From assembly GCA_023205875.1 (NCBI GenBank), contig CP060763.1, forward strand, positions 186,001 to 250,000: a stretch of 64,000 nucleotides of DNA, written 5' to 3'. The notes under the pieces are model-generated. The model was not told the origin of the DNA. It was given only the letters and a program-made list of their open reading frames with translations, and ran no database searches. The translations under genes were made by a program, and so were the position numbers. Below are positions 10,301-18,645 of this stretch, one piece after another; positions within the stretch are counted from its first letter, which is position 1; each line of letters starts with the position of its first letter. Source of the stretch: Chloropicon primus. Lineage: Eukaryota.

Positions 10301-11461
10301 AAGGTCTTGTCTGGCAGCACCATTGACAATAGCACCGTGGAGGAAGGCAGTGAGGTGAAGGGTATGAGCACCGTGAAGGAGGACAGCACCATTACCAACA
10401 GCACTGTCCAGAGACATTCTGAGATCGTGGATAGCCACATCGTCGAGCAAAGCAATGTCGATCAGTCCAACGTGCAGAACAGCGAGGTTTCGAACAGCAC
10501 AGTGAAAGGTCATAGCACCGTGAAGGATATGAGCCTCATCGAAACCGGCAGCAGCGTGGAAAATGGCAGTGTGATCATTACATCTGACGTCACGATGGGC
10601 AGCAAGGTGGAAGGCAGCTTGGTTGATTTCTCTGATGTGTCGCAGATGAGTGTGGTGGGAAAGAACAGCAAGATCAGCAACGAAAGCAAGATATTGGAGA
10701 AAAGCCACGTCTTGATGAGCAATATCACGATGAGCAAGATTCTAGACAGCAAGGTCGAGAACTTTGACGTCTCGAACTCGACGGTGGAGGGCGAGACTTT
10801 GATCGGAGGCTGCACGGACAAGGATGCCCTGAACTACAACCCGGAGGCCACGGATGATGACCTGAGTTGCGTCTTCGGCCCAACCAAGGCGGTCGGCGCC
10901 TCCCACGCCTCCGGCCATGGCTTGGACCACATTGTGACCTCTGGAAACGGCGCCTCTGGGCTCACGAACAAGAACAGCGTGACAGGCGTTTCCTTGTCCA
11001 ACTCTGCGACTTGGGCTTCCTCTGGACTCTTTGGCCGTGCCGGCGGGGCATCAAGGTCAGACGCCGCGGCGGGGCGTGAGCAAAAATCCATAGCTCACTC
11101 AAGGTCCGATGCCGAGATGACGAACGCTCGTTACAATCCCCACGGTCTCGCGAATTCCCGTTTCATGGGCAAGTCCAAAAAGAGGCTCGGGCAGAGGCAG
11201 AACATTCGCCCAAAGCCTGAGCCCAGACCCATGGACGACAAGGGCGCAAACCTCGCTGGTGGCGCCGACGTTGCCATTGTGACGCCTGATTTTGCTGGAT
11301 CCAGCTCTAGCGCCCTGTCGGGAGTCTCAAAGGACCACTCGTCTCTGCAGGGCGCCACCAACGCCATTCTCCGCAGGGGCCGGGCCGCATTCAAGCCCAC
11401 GGTGGTCGACATAAGAAGTTTTAGGTTGCCCCACGGAAGGAAGCTTCTGGCTGTCAACTAA
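7319..11461 (+). CDS. Large secreted tandem-repeat protein, predicted beta-solenoid
   Basis: Signal peptide (CVAFLCLALLWPAVIA); ~1100 aa of alternating 5/6-residue S-x-V/I units; GCTD...NY...DD.SC motif; C-terminal GRKLL. Confidence 0.9.
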   Translation: MMIAVMSRTCVAFLCLALLWPAVIASSFCDETSTCINSTITGGSTVQDGSNVTDSTVQMGSVVSNSNVTGMSVITDSKVEFGSTVTGMSEITDSKVEFGSTVDNSTVQMGSTVLTSNVTGMSKVLDVSLVDESIVTGMSEITDSKVEFGSTVDNSTVQMGSFVLTSNVTGMSKVLDVSLVDESIVTGMSEITNSLVVSDSTVDNSTVQMGSTVLTSNVTGMSKVLDVSVVSGSTVDNSTVENSTVDESVVTGMSEITDSKVLSDSTVTGMSEITDSKVLSGSTVDESVVTGMSKITNSKVLSGSTVDESVVKGMSEITDSLVLSDSTVQMGSFVLTSNVTGMSEITNSKVLSGSTVDESVVTGMSEITDSKVLSGSTVDESVVTGMSEITDSKVLSGSTVDESNVTGMSEISNSKVEFGSTVTGMSEITDSKVEFDSTVDNSTVQMDSLVVNSTVTGMSEINRSKVEFGSTVTGMSEITDSKVEFGSTVDESVVTGMSEITNSKVLSGSTVDESVVKGMSEITDSKVEFGSTVTGMSEITDSKVEFDSTVDNSTVQMDSLVVNSTVTGMSEINRSKVEFGSTVTGMSEITDSKVEFGSTVDESVVTGMSEITNSKVLSGSTVDESVVKGMSEITDSKVLSDSTVTGMSEITNSKVLFGSTVDNSTVQMDSLVVNSTVTGMSEINKSKVEFGSTVTGMSEITDSKVEFGSTVDESVVTGMSEITDSKVLSGSTVDESNVTGMSEITDSKVLSDSTVTGMSEITDSKVEFGSTVDESVVTGMSEITNSKVLSGSTVDESVVKGMSEITDSLVVSDSTVQMGSSVLTSNVTGMSEITDSKVLSGSTVDNSTVQMDSLVVTSTVTGMSEITNSDVLSGTVGNSNVTDSTVQMGSSVSNSNVTAMSEITNSKVEFGSTVDESVVKGMSEITNSKVILDSTVDESVVTTMSEISNSKVLSGSTVDESNVTGMSEITNSKVLSGSTVDESVVTGMSEITDSKVLSGSTIDNSTVEEGSEVKGMSTVKEDSTITNSTVQRHSEIVDSHIVEQSNVDQSNVQNSEVSNSTVKGHSTVKDMSLIETGSSVENGSVIITSDVTMGSKVEGSLVDFSDVSQMSVVGKNSKISNESKILEKSHVLMSNITMSKILDSKVENFDVSNSTVEGETLIGGCTDKDALNYNPEATDDDLSCVFGPTKAVGASHASGHGLDHIVTSGNGASGLTNKNSVTGVSLSNSATWASSGLFGRAGGASRSDAAAGREQKSIAHSRSDAEMTNARYNPHGLANSRFMGKSKKRLGQRQNIRPKPEPRPMDDKGANLAGGADVAIVTPDFAGSSSSALSGVSKDHSSLQGATNAILRRGRAAFKPTVVDIRSFRLPHGRKLLAVN
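7430..10330 (+). repeat. Coding tandem-repeat array with higher-order periods
   Basis: Near-identical module gtcacaggaatgtctgagatcaccgacagcaaggtc; 150-bp period (7681/7831/7981) and 333-bp period (8721/9054/9387). Confidence 0.95.
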
Positions 11462-11542
11462 ATCGATTGTTTACACACACGAAAGATTACAAGGGATCTT
11501 GTGATCTCCAAGCATATAACACAGCAGTAGTGAATATTTGAA

Positions 11543-12813
11543 TTACCCAGAAAAGGAGTTCACCCACAAAATGGCTATCGCAACAACTGTGATGATGATC
11601 GGAACGATCGAGAACGAGTACAGGACTCCATACCCCATCCAGTCAGGAAGGAGGTCCGTCAGGCTCGTTTGGGCGCCGCCGCTCAAGTCATCCTCCAAAC
11701 CTCTGCCCACTTTTGGGTTGGCAGCAGGCTTGGCAAGCTCCCCTCCAACCGGGGCTTGGAATTCTTGTGCACTCTCATCCCTCGGCGTTGTTGCAGCTAC
11801 ACTTTCCTCCTCCTCCAAGAGACCTGGCCAATTACCAAGTTCTCTCCAAAGCTCCCTTAAAGCGATTCTGTTTCCGATGCTTCTCCTTTCCGAGACGTCC
11901 ATCAAGCACTCTGCAATCTCCTCCCTGCTTACCCCAGATTCATCCTGTTTGCACATCCATTGGTGGGCAGGGGGGAATAGAACAAAAAGAGTCAGAAGAA
12001 CGAAATTAATTATCGATCAGGGCTGATTCATGGCTCCATGGTGCACCGGTGAAAGCTCAGACAAGGCTGAAATATGAAATCCACACACAATAGATTCGGA
12101 ATTTGATGGTACAAGTTTGTCATCAACGCTTTCTTGGCGCCTCCTTCCATGGAGTCCTACAGTTCTGCAGCAGCAGGCATCCGCTCTTCAGAGAGAAAGG
12201 GGAGGGGCTGGCGGTGAGTGCGTGGTCTTACCTCTATGCCATAGACCCTCCTCGCTTCTTGTGCTCTCGGGTCCTCTATCGCAAGAATGAGTTTTACCTC
12301 GTTGAGTGTCATGTCTCTGTTCTTCAAAAGGAGTTTCAGTAGCTCCAGAGACTCCTCCACGTATCGTTCTGCTTCTTCATCCGACACCTCGTCAGTCCCA
12401 AACTCCTGCTGTGTCACGTCGTAACTCACGCTAGGTTCGTCTGAGACCAGACGGACGCAAGAAAAAGAAATCAACAAGAGAGAGAGAAGAGAGAGAGAGA
12501 GTCAGCGTCGCCATCCTTCCTTCGATCACTCGCGACCCCGGCACCCTCCAGAGAACTCACCGTCTTCCCCAGTCTCCAAAGCGGACTGCTGCTTCATGAA
12601 CTCCAGGGCTTGCGCCTCCAGCTCTTCATACGTTGGTCCATCCACTTCGGATATATTCTCCTCCGAGCTCGACCTTCTCACCCAAGAGAGATGCCTTGAC
12701 TCCGACAGAAGGATCCCGTGATCCACGCGCCCCCTGCGCTGGACCCTCCTCGCCCTCGGCCATGAAAACCCTACCCCTCGCCCCCTCGCCACGGTCGCCA
12801 CCATGCCGAACAT
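11543..12813 (-). CDS. Y3IP1: Ycf3-interacting protein 1 (photosystem I assembly factor), three exons
   Basis: LLKNRDMTLNEVKLILAIEDPR...GIE|DESGVSREEIAECL...NWPGL and C-terminal TM GYGVLYSFSIVPIIITVVAIAILWVNS match plant Y3IP1; introns 12560-12441 and 12231-11945. Confidence 0.88.
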
Positions 12814-13144
12814 CTTCCCACAAGCTTCCCCGAACACTCCGCGACACAAATGAGTCGAGCGAGGACTCTTTGGAAAGATCGCGACGAGACCCTTCGATCG
12901 ATGCAAGCCTCACGCGGTAACGCTCCCTCCTCCGTCCTCCACGTGGCCTCGAACTCACGCTTCTTTCTTCGTGCGTGGCCGACGGCCTTCGATCGTTTTT
13001 GACGGCTGAGAGATCCCTAAACGCGTGAGATCGAAGCGATCGCGCTGCCGAGGGCGAACCGAGGTGAGTTCACAGCGACGTCGAGAGCGAGAGGGGAGGG
13101 TGGGATGAGAGGAATGGTTACGAGGGGATTGGCTAGGTCGTGAT

Positions 13145-13180
13145 CTTTCGAAAGAGACCTCGCTTGAAGGGGTTGGCTTC
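13145..13180. promoter_or_regulatory. Conserved 36-bp element with palindromic CTTTCGAAAG core, copy 1
   Basis: 31/36 identical to 16369-16404; lies in the divergent Y3IP1/Aha1 intergenic region. Confidence 0.5.
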
Positions 13181-13449
13181 ATGTGGAACAAGATGGAGAC
13201 TGAAACGTAGCTGTTTTCCTCCTTGGTGATAGTGATAGTGTTTGTGTTTGAGGTGAGGTGCGTTTTCTGCGCAGTGTCGTGTTTGTCGTCGGTGAGAGAG
13301 GGGCTCTGGCATCATTGTCGACATTGTCGCAGTCTCCTCTTTCGAATGAATCCTTCCTTGAAGAAAACGAAGCGGTTTTGAGGAATGGAGACCTGATGGT
13401 TCGTCTGTTATGCTGTGTGTCGTGTCAGGTTCTAGAGTGTTAAACTAGG

Positions 13450-14352
13450 ATGGCGGAAGGGGGTCTCCAGGTGGAGAAGCAGAATGCTCAAGGATCGTCA
13501 TGGAACGCGAACAGCTACCATTTTGAGGAACGAGACTACAGCACGTGGGGGAAAAAACGATTGAACGAGCTCCTGGACAAGAGGGAGACCAAAGAGGCTG
13601 GCGTGGTGGTCCTTCACCAGGGACAGGAGTTCACTTTGGGCTTGAAGTTGGAGATGAAAAAGTTGGAGGGCGACGCTTGGGTGAACATACGAAAGGGGAA
13701 GAAGATGACCTGCTTCAACTACGAGCTAGACTTGGCGTTCAAAGGTAAGTGGAGGCTGCGGCGCCAAGGGGACCACGCACGCATGCACGCACACAAGTTT
13801 AGCTTTCGCCCGGAGATCCTAACGGTTTCTATGCTTTGGGCTCTTGGGACGGCGGTATCCCTTCAAGGCCACATTCTTGGGGGGACGGACAACCGGTGGG
13901 ACCTTGAGGGGAAGTTTTTCTACGAGGTTGCGGTGGGCGACGATCCCGAGACGAGGTTCGAGTTCAAGCAACGGTATCCTTTCCAGAAGGCGATCGAGGC
14001 CTCGCTGAGCGAGTTCGTCACCTCCCAGTTCAAGATCTTCGTGACCGAGCTGGGCGAAAAGGGCCAGCCCCAAGTAAAGGATGATTTCGCTACGAAAGTG
14101 GAGCCAAGGTAAGGGATGAATCCTCTGATCGCTCTCTCTCTCTCTCTCTCTCTCTCTGACTCTGACTCTTTGTGTCTTTGTGTCTCTGTTCCCAGGGTCC
14201 AAAAGGGTCAGTACGTCAAGTACGACCAAGGTCCAGACGGGGTCGCTGCCTTGCAGGAGACTGCGAAGAAGTACAGCGACAAGATGAATTCGGACGCGAA
14301 TCAGACGGGCCAGCCCTCGAAGCACCTGCACTGTGAGCACTCGACCCACTAG
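13450..14352 (+). CDS. Aha1 N-terminal domain protein (Hsp90 co-chaperone-like), three exons
   Basis: WNANSYHFEERDYSTW and GDAWVNIRKGKKMTCFNYELDL motifs; introns 13745-13867 and 14109-14195. Confidence 0.82.
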
Positions 14353-14568
14353 CTTGGCAGCAATGAGAGAAAGCAGACGATCTGCCTTTGGGGGGCAACG
14401 GCAATACGGGAAAGTGCCGCGGCCGGCGGCGGAGTGTAAGGAATAGTAGAGACGGGGAGGACGCTCCAAAATAACATAGAGTGATGGAGCGAGATAGCAC
14501 TATTTAACATTATTAGAAACTAGATCAATTTATGGTGATTCTTCACGAGCAGCCGTCCTTTGATGAAA

Positions 14569-15885
14569 CTAATCCATGAAGGCAAACGCCATGCCTTGCT
14601 CCTTGTCCTCCGCCTCCTTCTTTGCCTTCTCCTTGGTGGCCTCCACGTCTCCAAAGAGCTCTTCCATCAAAGCAATTTTCCCCGTGGTGCAGTACTCCTC
14701 GACCTTCTCGCCGATACTCTTGCCGATGCCGGGAAGCTTCATCGCCTCCTTCTTGCCTTCGACTTGCTTTCCGTAGTCCTTCAGCGTCTCCGCAGCCTTT
14801 CGGAAGGCTCTTGCCTTGAACTTGTCGACCTTCCCGATCTCCTCGGCGATCTTCACGAACATGCCGCAGAGCTCCTCGTTGAAGTTCGTCTGGTCTTCGT
14901 CCTTGTCCCTCTTCGGCAATGCCTTCTTGCCCGTGCTCTCCCCGAACACCTCCTCAGGCGTCTTGAATGGCAGCCCGCAGTTTGCCGCAAACGTCTTGTC
15001 CGTGTCACCAGGGTCCCCCTCCCTGCCCGCCATGTCGCCGCAATAGAAGGAGTTCTTCAGGTCGACTTCGACGCTCCTGTTGAAAGTCTCGCAAAAGTAG
15101 TTGAACATCCCCGCCGCGGGCTTTCTGAAGGTATCGTCCTTTCTGTTGGCGCAGAAGAACACGACCGGAAACTTGATCTCCCTGCGTCCCGAGGGGTCCG
15201 TGGAACACTTTTTGCACATCACCTCATCGACTTTGGTCCTCAGGTTCGCAGAGGCTCTGCCCCTCACCTTCTTACTGATTCCGCCCTGGTTGCTGAACAC
15301 CACCAGCCTGTATCCGTCCCGGTGGAGCTTCTCCATGACCTTGAACACCTTGGGATTGAAAGCACACCAGTCCTGAGCAGATATCGCAAAAGTGTTCCCG
15401 CTCTTCGTCCGGATCAGAGTCCCATCCAAGTCGAATGCAGCCACTTTGCTCCGTCCCTCTCCCTCCGACACCCCGTAACTTTTGTAGATCATCGCAGGAC
15501 AAAAGTACTTCCAGTCCCTGTCCAGGTCGTGAACTTGCATGGGAACCGCCTCCTGGAACTCCGCCGGATCCTCCTTCTTTGACGTCTTCTTCTTCTTCTT
15601 CGGCTTCTCCTCCACGGCATCCCCATCCCCAACCCCATCGCCATCGCCATCGCCGGTCTCCTTCCGTCGCTTGGGCTTCTCCTCCTCCTTCGCAGCGGAT
15701 GCAGCAAAGTACTTGGACTCCACTTTGGGTTCCGCGATCTCTCCGTCCCCCAGGAGGGACGACAGCTGCGACGGAGGGAGCTCCTCGGCCTTCTTCACGA
15801 GGTCCCCCCTCTCGAAGCATCCCTTGAGGTCCACGCCCCTCTCCACCAACCACCGCTTCAACTTTCCCGTCGACACCTTGTCCAT
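14569..15885 (-). CDS. DNA 3'-phosphatase (PNK3P HAD domain) with N-terminal SAP-like and C-terminal PolX 8-kDa HhH domain
   Basis: AFDLDGTLIRTKSG, FSNQGGI, RKPAAGM and GDMAGREGD..DTDKTFA.N.GL.FKTPEE; C-terminal KFKARAFRKAA...LPGIGKSIGEKVEEYCTTGK. Real start probably MDKVST (15885); the upstream part of the 1117-aa ORF is intergenic sequence plus the antisense strand of the kinase. Confidence 0.88.
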   Translation of the reverse strand: MDKVSTGKLKRWLVERGVDLKGCFERGDLVKKAEELPPSQLSSLLGDGEIAEPKVESKYFAASAAKEEEKPKRRKETGDGDGDGVGDGDAVEEKPKKKKKTSKKEDPAEFQEAVPMQVHDLDRDWKYFCPAMIYKSYGVSEGEGRSKVAAFDLDGTLIRTKSGNTFAISAQDWCAFNPKVFKVMEKLHRDGYRLVVFSNQGGISKKVRGRASANLRTKVDEVMCKKCSTDPSGRREIKFPVVFFCANRKDDTFRKPAAGMFNYFCETFNRSVEVDLKNSFYCGDMAGREGDPGDTDKTFAANCGLPFKTPEEVFGESTGKKALPKRDKDEDQTNFNEELCGMFVKIAEEIGKVDKFKARAFRKAAETLKDYGKQVEGKKEAMKLPGIGKSIGEKVEEYCTTGKIALMEELFGDVEATKEKAKKEAEDKEQGMAFAFMD

Positions 15886-16368
15886 CCTCTCACCGCTGTG
15901 CCCAAACGACCCGTCGATCGAAAGCTCGCGAGACGAAGAATCTTCTCGTGCCTTCCTCCTCCTCTTCCTCCCCTCCCTCTCTGCGCTCTTGTCCTCGAAC
16001 GAACGCGCGCCACGATCGATCGCTCCTCTCTCGCTCTCTTGGGACCAATCAAGAATCCCGGAATAAATCCATTCTTCTTCGTAACGGACGAGGACGAGGG
16101 CGAAGGCAGTCTCTCGGTGGAGTGGAAGACGGAGGCGAGGGGAGGGGAGACTTTGAGTGACGCAGTGCAAAAGTACGTCTCGCGGGCTTTCCATTGATCG
16201 TTTACTCGGCGCGTTTGGTGCACGGAGTGGTCGAGGAAACGAAGCTGGCAAGGACGCGGAGGGAAAGGAAAAAGTATTCGAGTGGGGCACGTTGTCGAGG
16301 GCGAGGGCGACTACTTCGACGAGGGGAGGAAGAGGGGAAGGGTCATCAGCGAAAGTGTGTCTCTTTCT

Positions 16369-16404
16369 CTTTCGAAAGAGCCCTCGCTTGATCGGTTCGG
16401 CTTC
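16369..16404. promoter_or_regulatory. Conserved 36-bp element with palindromic CTTTCGAAAG core, copy 2
   Basis: Near-copy of 13145-13180, in the divergent phosphatase/kinase intergenic region. Confidence 0.5.
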
Positions 16405-16473
16405 CGGGGCGCGACGCGAGAGGCTTTGGGGCGTAGGTGAAGGGACGTAACGGACGAGGAGGGAGGGCCGGCC

Positions 16474-18579
16474 ATGGGGGAGGACGGGGGCGGGGGGATA
16501 ACGGTGGAGGAGGGGGGTGGTGGACCATCCAGGAGTGTCAGGTTCTCGGGGGACGAGCCCGACGTGAGGCGCATTTTCACGGAGGAGTATCCCGGGGACA
16601 ACGACTATGGCGACGAGGAAAACAACGCTGGCTGTGGGACCGGCCTCGTGCAGGACCTCTCGCGGACCTCCGTCCGTGCGGACGAGCTGGAGCCCACGGA
16701 CGAGGACGAGGATTACTTGCAGCTCGGGTCGTCGACTGACATGCTTCCGAGGAAGAAGAGCTTCGCGTACCAGATGGCCAGGGCTTGGGAGGTGAAGCCC
16801 GAGAACGTCCTGATCGAGAACCTGCTTGGGAACGGTGCTTACGGCCAAGTGTACAAGGGCAAGTGGAGCGGCACGGACGTGGCCGTCAAGATCGTTCAGG
16901 AGGATTTGGTCTACCAGCAGGAGTACATCGCGACGCAGGACATCTCCGATGCGATGAAAGTGTTCTGGGCGGAGGTCAAGCTCATGAGGACGCTGTCCCA
17001 CCCCAATGTGGTCCAGTTCCTCGGCGCTTGCACCAGGAGACACCCCAGGATGCTCTTGATGGAGTACCTTCCGAACGGCACGCTCGAGGATGTTTTCGAG
17101 GAGGCCCAGATGAGGAACAGGCCCCTTGGCCTCGACCTCGCCACGAAGTACGCCATCGACGCGGCCAAGGGGATTGCGTACCTGCACCACAACCCCCACA
17201 GGACCGTGATCCACCGCGATATCAAGCCCGGGAACCTCTTGATCGACAGGACCGGCAGCATCAAAGTTGCGGACTTTGGGCTCAGCAAGGCGGTGGACGA
17301 GTCCATTCTGGCCATCCACCTCAAGGAGCTCGGGGACAGCTTGAGGGACTCTGTGTCGGACAAGGAGATAGAAGGAACTGCGAGGAGGCAGATGAAGATC
17401 AGGAAGAAAAAGCCCTTCGAGCAACGCGGGTATCAGGTGGGCACCTATATCTATATGCCGGCGGAGCTCTTTCGGAGCAAGAGCGATTACACGAGCAAAG
17501 TCGACGTCTATTCGTACGCCATGATCTTGTACGAGCTGTACGAGGGCCGGCAACCTTTCGAGGAGTACGGGGCGAATCCAATGTACGCTGCAGCTGCTGC
17601 TGCGGCTGGAGTTCGCCCGGAGATGCACCGAACGCCCAAGTGCGTGAGGGAGATCATCGAAAAGTGCTGGGCGGAAGAGCCCAAGGAGAGGCCAACGTTT
17701 CTGGAAATTCTGAAGGACCTCGAGCTCGTGGACGCCATGATCAAGTACGACACGAGCGCGAGGTTCAAGGTCATAGTCACCATCAACTTCTGCATTCATT
17801 TGCTGTGGTTCTTCCTGACCTGCGGAGCGACAGCCTGCGAGTTCTATTTCCTGGCCAAGGCCAGGGACGAGGGCCTCCAACTTTACCACGAGGGAAGGAA
17901 GGCCGGGATCATATCCGCCCACGCAAAGAGTGCGTTCACGGACCCAGTGGTGGTCTCATTCATTTTCTTCATCCCGATCTTGATGGCTCTCGCGAGTCTC
18001 ATGTTCCTCGTGGTCCCAAACAAGAAAATCCGTGCCATCAGCCGCAGGGGTCCCAAATTCTCTAGGAGGAAGGGCGTGGTGTGGAAGGGGCTCCGCAAGT
18101 GCTGTGGCGGTGCATTAGAGGTTCTGAGGAGGGTGACATTGGTGTCCTCTGTGCTCTCCGTTTGCACGGTGATGCTTCAATACCTTTACGACCAGTATAT
18201 CCTGGGCGACATCTGCAACGGGGACTCCGTTCCATTCGAGCCTCCCAAGGGAATCGACAAGGGCCTGTGCGAAAGGAATTACGCGAACTCTCACATGGCG
18301 ATACTCTTCCAGTGGATTTTGCTGAGCCTGAACATCACCCAGCTGCTCTTCCACCACTTTGGGATGCCTGAGCCCAAGATCACCCCGAGGAGGTTCGACT
18401 TGGACTACGTCACGGTGAGGCAGCACTTTGAGACGGCGGCATCGGAGAGCGAGTACGACGAGTCTTCGCCACTTTTAGGGAAGAGCACCCCAGTTAGCGC
18501 CAGGCAGTTCTACCGAATAAGGAGAGAAACTTCCACTGATGATATTGGCACCTTGATGCAAAGCGAGAATTTGAAATAA
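16474..18579 (+). CDS. TKL/Raf-like protein kinase with four C-terminal hydrophobic segments
   Basis: GNGAYGQV, VAVK, HRDIKPGN, DFG, GTYIYMPAE and KVDVYSY motifs. Confidence 0.92.
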   Translation: MGEDGGGGITVEEGGGGPSRSVRFSGDEPDVRRIFTEEYPGDNDYGDEENNAGCGTGLVQDLSRTSVRADELEPTDEDEDYLQLGSSTDMLPRKKSFAYQMARAWEVKPENVLIENLLGNGAYGQVYKGKWSGTDVAVKIVQEDLVYQQEYIATQDISDAMKVFWAEVKLMRTLSHPNVVQFLGACTRRHPRMLLMEYLPNGTLEDVFEEAQMRNRPLGLDLATKYAIDAAKGIAYLHHNPHRTVIHRDIKPGNLLIDRTGSIKVADFGLSKAVDESILAIHLKELGDSLRDSVSDKEIEGTARRQMKIRKKKPFEQRGYQVGTYIYMPAELFRSKSDYTSKVDVYSYAMILYELYEGRQPFEEYGANPMYAAAAAAAGVRPEMHRTPKCVREIIEKCWAEEPKERPTFLEILKDLELVDAMIKYDTSARFKVIVTINFCIHLLWFFLTCGATACEFYFLAKARDEGLQLYHEGRKAGIISAHAKSAFTDPVVVSFIFFIPILMALASLMFLVVPNKKIRAISRRGPKFSRRKGVVWKGLRKCCGGALEVLRRVTLVSSVLSVCTVMLQYLYDQYILGDICNGDSVPFEPPKGIDKGLCERNYANSHMAILFQWILLSLNITQLLFHHFGMPEPKITPRRFDLDYVTVRQHFETAASESEYDESSPLLGKSTPVSARQFYRIRRETSTDDIGTLMQSENLK

Positions 18580-18645
18580 TTCTTGTTTGCCAAAATAACG
18601 GTTTTACACAAAATGAAAACAACTTGCTTTCGTAGCAAATATTTT

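Noticed and set aside
7430..10330. CRISPR-like array
   Set aside because: No unique spacers, the units are in-frame coding modules, there are no cas genes, and the context is eukaryotic.
7064..10708. 1214-aa and 1054-aa minus-strand ORFs
   Set aside because: Antisense frames of the repeat array; a stop-free unit stays open when repeated. Only the plus frame has a signal peptide and a unique C-terminus.
15886..17922. N-terminal 679 aa of the 1117-aa ORF
   Set aside because: Antisense to the kinase and the shared intergenic region; no domain content.
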